Counted from the first letter of the stretch, positions 23,206-32,903 are shown. The stretch is DNA of 64,000 bases from Chthonomonadales bacterium (GCA_049967475.1 JBMFSQ010000015.1:1-64000), one strand, 5' to 3'. Numbers and translations: made by a program. The notes: generated by a model not told the origin, from the letters alone.

Positions 23206-24492
23206 TCATGGCTGTGCCTGAGAGGCAGCGGTCGTTGTTCCGCGTTCTTGCAGCGCCTCCCAGCGGATTTGACTGAGGCCGGTGATGGCGCGGCCGCCCT
23301 TGGCAAGAGCCTGCTGCCACCTCGATGTGGCGAGGCCGCCGGTGAAGTCCCTGTGCGCGAAGGAAGGATCGCCCATCAGGAAGACGGGTTTGCCGCGTTC
23401 AAGGGCTGCGAAGACCAAGTCCAGGTTCGCAAGATTGCCCTTGCCGATGGGCACTTCAGACACGACGACGGCGTCCGCGTTGTGAACCAGCCGGGTGGCT
23501 GCTTCCAGTGCTGACGGGCTGATTGGTGAGAAGGGCGCCTCGGTTATGCGCTCGATGCCCAGGGCCGCGCAGACGCTGTCGTCGGTGTCCATACGGTTCA
23601 GCACCCCTGCGGTAACGTGGCAGCCGCGCCGCACCAATTCGGAGAGCAAGGCTCCGCCGGTTCCTCCGCCGCAGATCACGTGGATGCGGGGCGCGGGCGC
23701 CGCAGGAGCCGCTGAAGAGGGCGGAGCGGGAAGAACGATGGGGCTGCCTGTAACCGGGTGGCGATGCACCTCGATGCCGCCGCCATAGACGCGGGTCAGG
23801 ATGTGCTGCTGGAACACAGTTTGGATGGGGCCCTCTGCTTCGATGGACCCGGAGGCCATCAAGAGGACGCGGTGGCAGAAAGTAGCCGCCAAATTGAGAT
23901 CGTGCAGGGCAGCGAGTGCCGCCGCATCATGATGCTCCACCCGTTTGCGGATCACGGTGAGCAGCTCCACCTGATGGGACAAATCCAAATGGGCGGTGGG
24001 TTCATCCAGGAGCAGCACCGGCGCCTCTTGAGCCAGTGCCCGCGCGATGAGCACCCGTCGGTGTTCGCCGCCGGAAAGGGTAGTGATGGGCCGGTCCGCC
24101 AGGGAAAGTGTGTCCGTGGCTGCCATAGCTCGGGTAGCAGCGGCGAAATCCTCGGGCTTCTCTCCTGCGATGCCATGGATGTACGCGTGGCGACCCATGA
24201 GGACGACTTCGCGAACTGTGAAGTCGAAGAGTGTCGGTTCGCTCTGGGGAACGAATGCGATGTTGCGGGCGAGATCGCGAGCCGAGAAATGTGAGAGAGG
24301 ACGATCGTTGAGGGTTACTGTTCCCGATATGAGGGGCAACGTTCCGCTCAAGACCCGCAGGAGGGTAGATTTCCCCGCACCGTTGGGACCCACGAGGCCC
24401 ACAAATTCACCGGGCTGCAAGTCCAGGGACACGTCACGGATCGCCTCGAGGCGCCCATAACCGGCCCTGACGTGACTGGCCCGGATCCTCAT
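23206..24492 (-). CDS. Cobalamin/heme/siderophore-type ABC transporter ATPase with C-terminal extra domain
   Basis: GPNGAGKST, LSGGE, LLLDEPTAHLD, HDLNLA; extra domain IHVICGGGTG...EAPFSPI. Confidence 0.88.
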   Translation of the reverse strand: MRIRASHVRAGYGRLEAIRDVSLDLQPGEFVGLVGPNGAGKSTLLRVLSGTLPLISGTVTLNDRPLSHFSARDLARNIAFVPQSEPTLFDFTVREVVLMGRHAYIHGIAGEKPEDFAAATRAMAATDTLSLADRPITTLSGGEHRRVLIARALAQEAPVLLLDEPTAHLDLSHQVELLTVIRKRVEHHDAAALAALHDLNLAATFCHRVLLMASGSIEAEGPIQTVFQQHILTRVYGGGIEVHRHPVTGSPIVLPAPPSSAAPAAPAPRIHVICGGGTGGALLSELVRRGCHVTAGVLNRMDTDDSVCAALGIERITEAPFSPISPSALEAATRLVHNADAVVVSEVPIGKGNLANLDLVFAALERGKPVFLMGDPSFAHRDFTGGLATSRWQQALAKGGRAITGLSQIRWEALQERGTTTAASQAQP

Positions 24493-24693
24493 GGTATATT
24501 GTAGCACACAAGGCAACGGGCCGGGAACTTCCCCCCAATTCCCGGCCCGCCCGCTCCCACGGAGGGCGGCTGAAGTCCCAATCTGCTTCGTTAACCGCCG
24601 ACATCCGGGGAACGCTTGGATCAGTGCGTCGCGGCGATCCTGTACTATAGGAATACTCGGGATGCCGAATGGTTACAGCGCTTGGCGGCTATC

Positions 24694-24722
24694 TTGACAC
24701 GCTTTTGCCGCAGTGATATACT
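24694..24722 (+). promoter_or_regulatory. sigma70-type promoter upstream of accB-hom
   Basis: TTGACA-17 nt-TATACT with extended -10 TG. Confidence 0.75.
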
Positions 24723-24734
24723 TAGGGCCAGGTG

Positions 24735-24767
24735 GAAGGGCGGGCTGCATCGCCCTTCTCTCTTTTT
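24735..24767 (+). terminator. Terminator-like hairpin in the accB leader
   Basis: GAAGGGCG-8 nt-CGCCCTTC followed by TCTCTTTTT. Confidence 0.55.
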
Positions 24768-24797
24768 ATGGGGGGTAGGGAGGCGGCTTGAGCGCGT

Positions 24798-25259
24798 ATG
24801 GCTGAATTCGGCTTTGACCTAAACGAAGTGGCGGCGCTCGTGAGCCTTATGGAAGAGCATGGTCTGCAGTGCGTAGAGGTTGCGGAGCCTGGCCGGCGCA
24901 TTGTGGTGACGGGTACATGGGCGGGAAGCGTCCCGGCTCGCGCGTCCCTCGCCGCACCTGCGACTGCTTCAGTGGCGCCCAGGGACGAACCTGCGGAGCC
25001 CTCCACGTCCGGAAGGCGCGTGGCGATCGTATCTCCCATGGTGGGAGTATTCTACCGGGCCTCATCGCCCGGATCTCCGCCGCTGGTGGAGGTGGGGGAC
25101 CGGGTGGAAGTAGGCCAGCCTGTGGGCATCATCGAAGCCATGAAAGTATTCTCCGAGATACCCAGTGAACATGCGGGCATCGTCGTGGAGATTGTGGCTC
25201 GTGACGGCACCCTGGTGCGCACGGGTGAGCCGCTCATGTACCTGCGGCCTGAGGATTGA
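24798..25259 (+). CDS. accB: Biotin carboxyl carrier protein
   Basis: SPMVGVFYR, IIEAMKV biotinylation motif. Confidence 0.9.
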   Translation: MAEFGFDLNEVAALVSLMEEHGLQCVEVAEPGRRIVVTGTWAGSVPARASLAAPATASVAPRDEPAEPSTSGRRVAIVSPMVGVFYRASSPGSPPLVEVGDRVEVGQPVGIIEAMKVFSEIPSEHAGIVVEIVARDGTLVRTGEPLMYLRPED

Positions 25260-25309
25260 TGCCGCCCCCTGTCGGTATGTTGCACGGAGGCAGACCTCTT
25301 GGGAATGAA

Positions 25310-26599
25310 GTGAAAGACACGATCAGCATCGGCATCTTGGGGCTGGGTGTCGTGGGTTCAGGCACGGTTGCTGTGCTGGAGAAGAACCGCGACGCAATCG
25401 AAAGGAAGGTCGGCGCGCGCCTTCTCATACGCCGCATCGCAGTGCGCGACTTGCGCAAGAAGCGTGCGGTAACGGTGGATCGGTCCCTCCTCACGAACAA
25501 CCCCCTCGAAGTGCTGGACGACCCATCCATAGATATCATTTGCGAACTCATTGGCGGCGTGAGCCCGGCAAAGGAGTTCATTCTGCGCGCCTTCGCCAAC
25601 GGCAAGCACGTCGTAACGGCGAACAAGGAACTCATCGCCAAGGAAGGGCACGCCATCATGGAGGAGGCGGCTCGGCGGAAGCTGGATTTCCAATTCGAGG
25701 GGTCTGTGGGGGGCGGCATCCCCATCATTCAGCCGATGAAGAACGCATTGGCCGGGAATGCTGTGCAGGAAGTGATGGGGATTGTCAACGGCACTACAAA
25801 CTACATTCTGACGCGCATGGCGTGTGAGGGAATAGACTTCGAGACGGCTCTCCGCGAGGCTCAAGCGAGGGGTTATGCAGAAGCCGATCCATCCAGCGAT
25901 GTGGAGGGCTTCGATGCCCAGTACAAGATTGCCATCCTCAGCTCCATCGCTTTCTTAAGCCGCGTGTTCGTGCAGGACGTGTACGTGGAGGGCATTACCC
26001 ACATCACTCAGCGCGACATCGAGTGCGCCCAGGAGTTGGGCTACGTAATCAAGTTGGTAGGCATCGCCAATCGCGTGGGGGATGATGGAATGCAGGTACG
26101 GGTGCATCCTGCGCTGCTTCCTGCGTCACATCCATTGGCCTCTACCAACGACGTGTACAACGCGATCTACCTGCGGGGTGATGCTGTGGGTGATGTGATG
26201 TTCTACGGCCGCGGTGCTGGGATGATGCCCACGGGAAGCGCCGTGGTGGGCGACATCATGGATGTGTGCCGCAACATCCTCCATGGGGCAACGAGCCGCA
26301 TCACCTGCACGTGCTTCGAACAACGGCGAATGCTGCCTATGGATGTAGTGGAGACTAAGTACTACATCCGCATGCTCGTGGCAGACAGGCCGCGGGTCCT
26401 AGCTTCCATTGCCGGTGTGCTGGGAGACCACGAGGTGTCCATCGAGTCTGTGGTCCAGAAGGCAGCAGTGGGCGGGCGTGCAGAGATTGTATGGGTGACG
26501 CACCGAGTGCGGGAAGCCAACATGCGCGCGGCGCTGGAGCTCATCAAGAAGCTCCCGTGTGTGGAGCGCGTGGAGAACTGGCTGCGGGTTGAGGAATAA
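25310..26599 (+). CDS. hom: Homoserine dehydrogenase with C-terminal ACT domain
   Basis: GLGVVGSG, VVTANK, SVGGGIPII, NGTTNYIL, GYAEADP; GTG start inferred. Confidence 0.96.
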   Translation: MKDTISIGILGLGVVGSGTVAVLEKNRDAIERKVGARLLIRRIAVRDLRKKRAVTVDRSLLTNNPLEVLDDPSIDIICELIGGVSPAKEFILRAFANGKHVVTANKELIAKEGHAIMEEAARRKLDFQFEGSVGGGIPIIQPMKNALAGNAVQEVMGIVNGTTNYILTRMACEGIDFETALREAQARGYAEADPSSDVEGFDAQYKIAILSSIAFLSRVFVQDVYVEGITHITQRDIECAQELGYVIKLVGIANRVGDDGMQVRVHPALLPASHPLASTNDVYNAIYLRGDAVGDVMFYGRGAGMMPTGSAVVGDIMDVCRNILHGATSRITCTCFEQRRMLPMDVVETKYYIRMLVADRPRVLASIAGVLGDHEVSIESVVQKAAVGGRAEIVWVTHRVREANMRAALELIKKLPCVERVENWLRVEE

Positions 26600-26625
26600 C
26601 CCGGCGGTGTCGGAAGCCGCGCACC

Positions 26626-27426
26626 TCAGGTGTGGGCGGCCATCAGCTTTTTGTGCGTCGCATAGGCCGCGATGGCGCCTACTGCGAAGAGTGCCATGAG
26701 TAAGTCGCCTTGGCGGCGCCGACGTTCCAGTTCCTGTTGCTTCAGATCTACTTCGTGTTGCACGCGGTTCAGATCCGGCCTCACGGCAGCCAATTCGGGC
26801 AGGATCTTGTTGATATCCAGCACGTGGGTTAACCGGTGCACCCGGTTCCGCACATCAAAGAGTGCCTTCTGTTCCTCTTCCGTGTCAATGCCATTCAGGA
26901 AGACGCGGTGTTCCTCCCGGCTGAGGCTGGTGAGGTCCTTTTCCATTCCCCCCATGGCTTCCTTGAGGCGTGCGGCCCGATCATAGCTGTGGCACTGGCC
27001 GCACGTCTGGGGATTGATAAGGTCCAGCGTTACCTTTTGTTGGCGGTGTGCCGTATGGCAGGTGACGCAGTTGGGCGCCGGGCGAACGCCGGCCATGAGG
27101 GCTTTGGCGTGGGCACTCTCGAGGTAGTTGTCGCGAATCGCTTCGTGGCACTTACCGCAGAAGTTAGGGACTTGCGTGGGAGAGGGCTTCCCCAGAAATC
27201 CGCGGGCCCGGTTCATGGCTACGAGGGGATCATCCGAGCGGGGATTGCCGCCATGGCAGTCTGCGCAGGCAATGCCGTTCCTGTAGTGGATGCTCGTCGG
27301 CCAATCGTGGGCAGGACCGGGACCTGTGCCTTCGTTGCGCAGATGGCAGTTGTAGCAGGAGTTCTGCGCACCGGCTGCCGTAGAGAACAGCAGAGCGACG
27401 CAGCATACAGAGAAGATGCGTTTCAT
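26626..27426 (-). CDS. Pentaheme c-type cytochrome, C-terminally membrane-anchored (CbcX-like partner of Rieske/cyt b)
   Basis: Signal peptide; 5 CxxCH (CYNCH, CADCH, CGKCH, CVTCH, CGQCH); coiled coil and C-terminal TM. Confidence 0.88.
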   Translation of the reverse strand: MKRIFSVCCVALLFSTAAGAQNSCYNCHLRNEGTGPGPAHDWPTSIHYRNGIACADCHGGNPRSDDPLVAMNRARGFLGKPSPTQVPNFCGKCHEAIRDNYLESAHAKALMAGVRPAPNCVTCHTAHRQQKVTLDLINPQTCGQCHSYDRAARLKEAMGGMEKDLTSLSREEHRVFLNGIDTEEEQKALFDVRNRVHRLTHVLDINKILPELAAVRPDLNRVQHEVDLKQQELERRRRQGDLLMALFAVGAIAAYATHKKLMAAHT

Positions 27427-27440
27427 TTTGCCATGCTCCC

Positions 27441-28505
27441 TCACGAGTAGTAACCCCAAATCATCAGGCCGATGTAGCCCAGGATACCCAAGGTAACGAC
27501 AGTATAGAAGAGGCCGTCATTCAGGCGCGACCGTCTCTTGCCGGTGTCTATGAAGGGCATGAAGAAGAGCACGATGCCCACCACCACCTGCAGGATGATG
27601 CCAAGGAACTCGTTGGGCACAATCTTGAGGAACTGGTAGTTCGCAAGGAAGTACCAGTGGGGCTTGATGTGCGCCGGAGTTTCAAGCGGGTTCGCCGGGA
27701 TGAGCGCATCCTCGGGAAAGTTTATCTGCGGGAAGTAGAAGATCAGCAGATTGACGAGGATGAGGAACCCGAAAACCGACGCCAGCTCCTTGGTTACCAT
27801 GTGCGGGAAGAAAGGAACCTTTCGCACCTTGGCCTTGTCCTCGCCACCGGGAACGGCGATGCCGGTAAGGCGCAGGAAGAGCAAATGGAGCCCGATCACC
27901 GCCAGGATGGAGAAGGGGATGATGGACACGTGCATGGCGAAGAAGCGGCCCAAGGTGTACTGGCTCACGTTGGGCGTTCCGCGGATCCACAGAACCAGGT
28001 TCTGCCCTATGCGGGGGATACTTCCTGCGGCGTTGGTAGCCACCGTGGTGGCCCAATACGACAACTGGCTCCACGGAAGAAGGTAACCCGAGAGGCCGGC
28101 GGCGAGGACAAGCCCCAGCAGGAGCATCCCGGTGATCCACTGGGGCTCCCGGGGATTGCGGTAGGCCCGCATCCACAAGGTGGAGCCCATGTGGAGGAAG
28201 ATGGCCAGTACAAACACATGCGATGTCATGGCATGCAGATCCCGCACAAGCCAGCCATACGGAACCTTGTTGCTGATGAACTTTACCGTGTCGAAGGCCC
28301 GGCCCGTGTCTGGAACGTAGTAAACCAACAACAACATCCCCGTGACCACCTGGATCACAAAGCATGCAATCAAGACGAAGCCGAGCGTGTGCCACAACGT
28401 GAGGTTTGCGGGAACAAGGTATTCGGTGAGTGTGGCCCGGATGATCGCCTTAATCCGAAGGCGCTCGTCCATCCAGTGGAGCACTGGGCCGATCAGGCGC
28501 ATCAT
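27441..28505 (-). CDS. Cytochrome b of a Rieske/cytochrome b complex (b6 plus subunit IV-like fusion)
   Basis: Four heme b His (DLH...FLH, AMH...GLH), GYLLPWSQLSYWA, ANPLETPAHIKPHWYF. Confidence 0.93.
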   Translation of the reverse strand: MMRLIGPVLHWMDERLRIKAIIRATLTEYLVPANLTLWHTLGFVLIACFVIQVVTGMLLLVYYVPDTGRAFDTVKFISNKVPYGWLVRDLHAMTSHVFVLAIFLHMGSTLWMRAYRNPREPQWITGMLLLGLVLAAGLSGYLLPWSQLSYWATTVATNAAGSIPRIGQNLVLWIRGTPNVSQYTLGRFFAMHVSIIPFSILAVIGLHLLFLRLTGIAVPGGEDKAKVRKVPFFPHMVTKELASVFGFLILVNLLIFYFPQINFPEDALIPANPLETPAHIKPHWYFLANYQFLKIVPNEFLGIILQVVVGIVLFFMPFIDTGKRRSRLNDGLFYTVVTLGILGYIGLMIWGYYS

Positions 28506-29011
28506 GCCCGCACCTCCTCGAGGCCGATTTCGCCTTCCGCCGTGGCGAAGACCTTGAAGCGCTTGAGGGGTTTTGGCGGCGGGCCGGCGATATTGACGCC
28601 GTTTGCATCGAAGACCCCGCCGTGACAAGGGCAGAGGAACTCGGACTTTGTGGCATTCCATTTAACGAGGCAGCCCAAGTGCGTGCACACGGCCGAAAAC
28701 GCACGAACCTCTCCTGAATACTTCACCACGAGCGTGGGTTCCCCGTTGACGCCTACTCCGGAGATAACGGGGTTCGTGCTGAGCTCCTTGAACGGAACCG
28801 GCCGGCCGTCGGTACCCATGAGCACGTTGGTTCCCTTCCTCGTCCTCTTGGGGCTGAGATACGCGATTACGGGTCCGACAAACGTGAGGGCAGTAGCCGC
28901 CACAACGAGCCCAAGGAGCCATTCCAGGAAGCTTCGCCGCGGATGTGGAGGCATACCCGGCGGCTGGAGCTGTGTGTACTCATCTTCCGAACCAATCGGA
29001 GCATCGGACAT
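28502..29011 (-). CDS. Rieske [2Fe-2S] subunit
   Basis: Tat-like RRSFL plus TM; CTHLGC and CPCHGG boxes; GPPPKPL. Confidence 0.93.
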   Translation of the reverse strand: MSDAPIGSEDEYTQLQPPGMPPHPRRSFLEWLLGLVVAATALTFVGPVIAYLSPKRTRKGTNVLMGTDGRPVPFKELSTNPVISGVGVNGEPTLVVKYSGEVRAFSAVCTHLGCLVKWNATKSEFLCPCHGGVFDANGVNIAGPPPKPLKRFKVFATAEGEIGLEEVRA

Positions 29012-29121
29012 GGCAATCACCTCACAGATAGGTTTCTGCAGAAAAGCCGGGAATGCAATCCCATCGGCTGCCTGCAACGGAGCGAGGTTGCCGACCCGGC
29101 TTGTTTTGGTATCGCAATGTG

Positions 29122-30624
29122 CTATTGGGAGTTCTGCTGGGCATGGCAATCACTGCAGTTGGTGGTCTTCCATGCGTCGCCGATTTCTACCGGATGTTGA
29201 AAGGGTACGCCGTTCAGGGACACCGTCTGTTTGCCGTTGGGCATCCTTTGGGAGAGGATGGTGTGGCAGACATTGCAGTCGCGGGTGAGCACCCGGCCGT
29301 CGGCGGTTACATGCTTGCCGTCATGGCACCGGAAGCATCCCGTCGAATACATGTGCCCGATATGATCAGGGTGAACGCGCCAGCTTACACCCATCTCGGG
29401 AAAGTAGTTGTTTTCATAGATGCGCTGGATCTGGCGAATGGCGGCATCCACATCTGCGCGGCGGGTAGCGAGGACGTCGGGGTGTTCCTTTTGGTAATAG
29501 TCCTCTACAGCCGCAGGTATGGCGCGGAGGCCTTCCGGCTGCGTCTTGTAGGGCTTCTCGAGTACCTGCACTGCCAACGCCTTGATGCCTGGGAGGTCCG
29601 GCTTGATCCATCCGAGCGACATGGCCTGGTTCACTGCGGCGTTAGGGTTTTGGAACTGGTGCGACGGCCGGTTGTGGCACTCGATGCAATCCACCAGATG
29701 TTTTGTCCCCTTAGCAATCTGCTGAGGTGTTAGAGGGTTATCGGTGCTTTGCCACACGGTAACCTTGCCGTCCGGCGAACGGGCTTCGATATAGGGGATA
29801 TTGAGGCGCTCACGGTCTGTGGCGATGTACCAGATGTGGCTGTTGATGTACATATGGTAGTGTATGCCCGCGGTAGCCCCGTGTTCGGGGTTGCCGCCGC
29901 CGATCTTCATGAGCATGTTGATGGTCATGCGTGAGTTGCCGTCGTCTGAGAGGAAGTACGTTTTGGTTTGGAGCTTCTCGGCATAAAAGAAGTTAGGCCA
30001 GTGGCATTGCTCGCATGTTTCCCGTGCGGGCCGCAAATTCTTGATGGGGGTGGCGATGGGCTTTGGATACTTGTGGAAGAGGACGGAGTAAACCTGGTAG
30101 CTGCCGGAAAGCTTAGATTTGACGAACCAAGTAGCTCCCGGCCCGATGTGGCATTCTACGCATGCAACCCGGGCGTGGGGGGAGTTCTTGTAGGCCACGT
30201 ACTCGGGTTTCATGACGCTGTGGCATACCCGCCCGCAGAACTCCACCGAGTCTGTGTACTGATACGCCTGGTAGCTTCCGAAGGCCGATACCACCAGGAA
30301 TAGGAAGGACCCCGCAGCGATGAGCGCTACGGCATTGCGGTGGCGGGGGTTGTTGAGGTCTATGGTCGGGAGGCGGAACTCATCGGTGTATCCGGCCTGG
30401 ATGCGGCGGTGCTGATGTCAGATGCCTGCCAGGGAGATGAAGACGCCGAGCACAAAAAAGATGGGCAGCAGCACGAATGTAACAAGGCCCATGTACGGGT
30501 GCTCCTGCCTGGAAAAGACTTCCACCAAGTACAGGAACAGAATGAGCCCCACCGTGAAGAGCGAAAGCACGGCACCGCCCAGCGTATAGGGATTATAGAA
30601 CGAAGCGGGCAAACGTCGTTTCAT
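29122..30624 (-). pseudogene. ImcH-like NapC/NirT heptaheme membrane cytochrome interrupted by one in-frame TGA (30418-30420)
   Basis: ORFs 30418-30624 and 29122-30294 are the same frame: AGI*HQHRRIQAGYTDEFRLPTIDLNNPRHRNAVALIAAGSFLFLVVSAFGSY; 3 TM; CGRVCH plus 6 CxxCH. Confidence 0.82.
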
Positions 30625-30782
30625 ACAGTCAATACCTCCCTGATTATACCGATACGATTACGCTCCGGTATCGGTCCCGTTTTCAAGCGGGCTTCAGTGC
30701 GCCCGCACTCGATACTTCGACCGCCCGTTGTTCAGCAGTTTGCCGGCGTGAGATACGGGGAGATGGTCTGTTATGGGGAGGC

Positions 30783-32903
30783 TCAGGGCGATGGGGGCGA
30801 GGCCCCTTCCCGCTTAAGCCGCTCCAGTTCCAATGGATGCTCCTCGGCCATCTCTTCTTCCGAGAGGGTGCCGTGGAGCCAGGCAAGGTTCATGGGGTAC
30901 ACATCGGGATTGAAGATGACAAAGTAAATGTGCCATACGAGGATGGCAAGGACGGCCATCCATGCTTCGTAGAAATGGATGGTGCTGGAAATATCCCATC
31001 CGAGCTTCGTTACATAGCGCAGGAAGAAGTCCTCGAACCACATGATGAGGCCCGTGCTTCCCATGATCACCGTGCCCCACACAAGGGCCCAGTACTCGCT
31101 CTTCTCTACATAAGAGAAGCGGTCCAGAGGCGGCTTATTGGGTGAAAGGCCGAGATTGTATTTCGCCATGGCGAGTGCGTCCACGAAGTCCTGTCTTCGG
31201 GGGAGGAGGTCGCGGAACAGCTCCCGCCCGCGTTGTGTGGCCGTCAGGTAGTAGATGTGATAAAGGCCGGTGAACAACAGGGTGGCGCCTGCCGCTCTAT
31301 GGAGCGTACCTCTCAATTGATACACATGACCCAAGATGCGGCGCGACCAGTCTACCCACCACGCATCGGGATAGACGAGCATGAAGCCCGTTATTGCAAG
31401 TGTGACGAAGCTGATTATGAGCACTGCGTGTTGCAGGCGCTCGTTAAGCGTCATACGAAGGTAAAGACCATGGCCGGCTTCGAGAGGAGGGATCACTCCC
31501 CGCCTGCGGCCTAAGTGTACCTTGGCCTTGCGGATGAAGTCCGCTATGTTGTGCAGGAACATGCCTCCGATAACTGAGGCGATGAGGACGAGGTATGCGG
31601 TGGAGATCCAGTAGAGCACGGGCGCCTTGCGCTCGGTAACCAGCACATGGACGGGACCTTGTACGAAGCGCGCGTTTGCGCCGGGGTGGCACTTTCCGCA
31701 TGTTTGGACCAGGTTCGCTTTGTTGATGGTAGACCTTGGGTCACTGGAGGGCAGGATATTATGAACTCCGTGGCAACTGGCACAGTTTGCGACATTGGTA
31801 GCTCCGTTCCGCAATGCAAGCCCGTGGTAGCTGTCTTCGAAGGTCTGGAAGCGGTCGCTGGGGAAGCCATAGCGTTCGGCCAATCGCACGGAGCTGTGGC
31901 AGGTAGAGCATACTTCTTCGGCTACATTCCTTGGTGCAACCGGCGACTTCGGATTGCTGGGAGGGAGGATGCTGTGTTCCCCGTGGCAGTCGGTGCATGT
32001 GGGGGCGTCCCGAGAACCCTTGGCGATGGCCGAGCCATGGATGGATGCTTTGTATTCCTGGGCGATCTGGGTGTGGCACTTTCCGCAGGTGTCGGCCGTG
32101 TTTTGTTTGCTCAGGCGTGAAGCTGGGTCCGTACCTTTGCGCATGTTGTGGGCGCCGTGGCAATCCACACAATTGGCTGCCCGAGCGTTGCCGCGGGCCA
32201 GGGCGCGGCCGTGGACGCTTGTTTCGTAGGCAGCAATGAAGCCCGCAGTGGGTGTTGTGTGCGCTCGCACCTGGGGATTGTCCAGGTGGCATGAGAGGCA
32301 CTTCGCTGTTTGGGCCTGCTTGATGCGCAACAGGTCATGTCCGTCGGGAGAGGGTACGAGGTTCTCGATATGGCACGTAAGGCAGGAAGGCGCGGCAGGG
32401 ATGTGCGATGCCAGCGCTTGGCCGTGGGCGGACGCTCGAAAGGAGGCAACAGTTTCTTTGTGGCAATTGGCGCATCCTCTGCCCCCATCAGCGTTGACAT
32501 CGTGGGTTCCGTGGCATTCTTTGCAACCCGCCGACCTGTCCGTCTGTGTGGCATTGCTGAAGATGAGCGCTTTGTGAATGGTATGGCGCGATGAAGCATC
32601 ACTATGGCAATCGAGGCAGGCAACAGGCCGGATGGGGCTCGCATGTGGGATTTTATTGGCGTCGAAGCCGGAATGGCACATGACGCATTGAAGGTCTCGA
32701 TGGGGGGAGTAATTTAGAATGGCGGCATTTACATAAAGCGACACCTTCCGCCCGCCACGGTTAGCGGTTAGGTTCGGATCTTGATGGCATCCAAGGCATT
32801 GGGCATTGTCTTGGGCGTGTGCCAATATGGCGGCTGCTGCCAGACCGAGCGTTGCCAGCACAACAGGGGTCCCTTGTGCCCAATATTTCCATCTGCGCAT
32901 CAT
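30783..32903 (-). CDS. CbcL-like fusion of a 13-heme c-type cytochrome and an FdnI/HydC-type cytochrome b
   Basis: Signal peptide, 13 CxxCH, then TM domain ERLQH, TLHR, RFSYVEKSEYWALVWG, IHFYEAWMAVLAILVWHIY. Confidence 0.88.
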   Translation of the reverse strand: MMRRWKYWAQGTPVVLATLGLAAAAILAHAQDNAQCLGCHQDPNLTANRGGRKVSLYVNAAILNYSPHRDLQCVMCHSGFDANKIPHASPIRPVACLDCHSDASSRHTIHKALIFSNATQTDRSAGCKECHGTHDVNADGGRGCANCHKETVASFRASAHGQALASHIPAAPSCLTCHIENLVPSPDGHDLLRIKQAQTAKCLSCHLDNPQVRAHTTPTAGFIAAYETSVHGRALARGNARAANCVDCHGAHNMRKGTDPASRLSKQNTADTCGKCHTQIAQEYKASIHGSAIAKGSRDAPTCTDCHGEHSILPPSNPKSPVAPRNVAEEVCSTCHSSVRLAERYGFPSDRFQTFEDSYHGLALRNGATNVANCASCHGVHNILPSSDPRSTINKANLVQTCGKCHPGANARFVQGPVHVLVTERKAPVLYWISTAYLVLIASVIGGMFLHNIADFIRKAKVHLGRRRGVIPPLEAGHGLYLRMTLNERLQHAVLIISFVTLAITGFMLVYPDAWWVDWSRRILGHVYQLRGTLHRAAGATLLFTGLYHIYYLTATQRGRELFRDLLPRRQDFVDALAMAKYNLGLSPNKPPLDRFSYVEKSEYWALVWGTVIMGSTGLIMWFEDFFLRYVTKLGWDISSTIHFYEAWMAVLAILVWHIYFVIFNPDVYPMNLAWLHGTLSEEEMAEEHPLELERLKREGASPPSP

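Noticed and set aside
24655..24700. tRNA-like 5' sequence (GGGATGCCGAATGGTTACAGCGC)
   Set aside because: No T-arm (GTTCRA) or acceptor-stem pairing, and it runs into a promoter.
30380..30420. Selenocysteine recoding of the imcH-like TGA
   Set aside because: Only a weak 4-bp stem (ATCC/GGAT) follows, the position is a TM boundary where Trp fits better than Cys, and it would not explain the TAA in the cyc2-like gene. Not fully excluded without a SECIS search.
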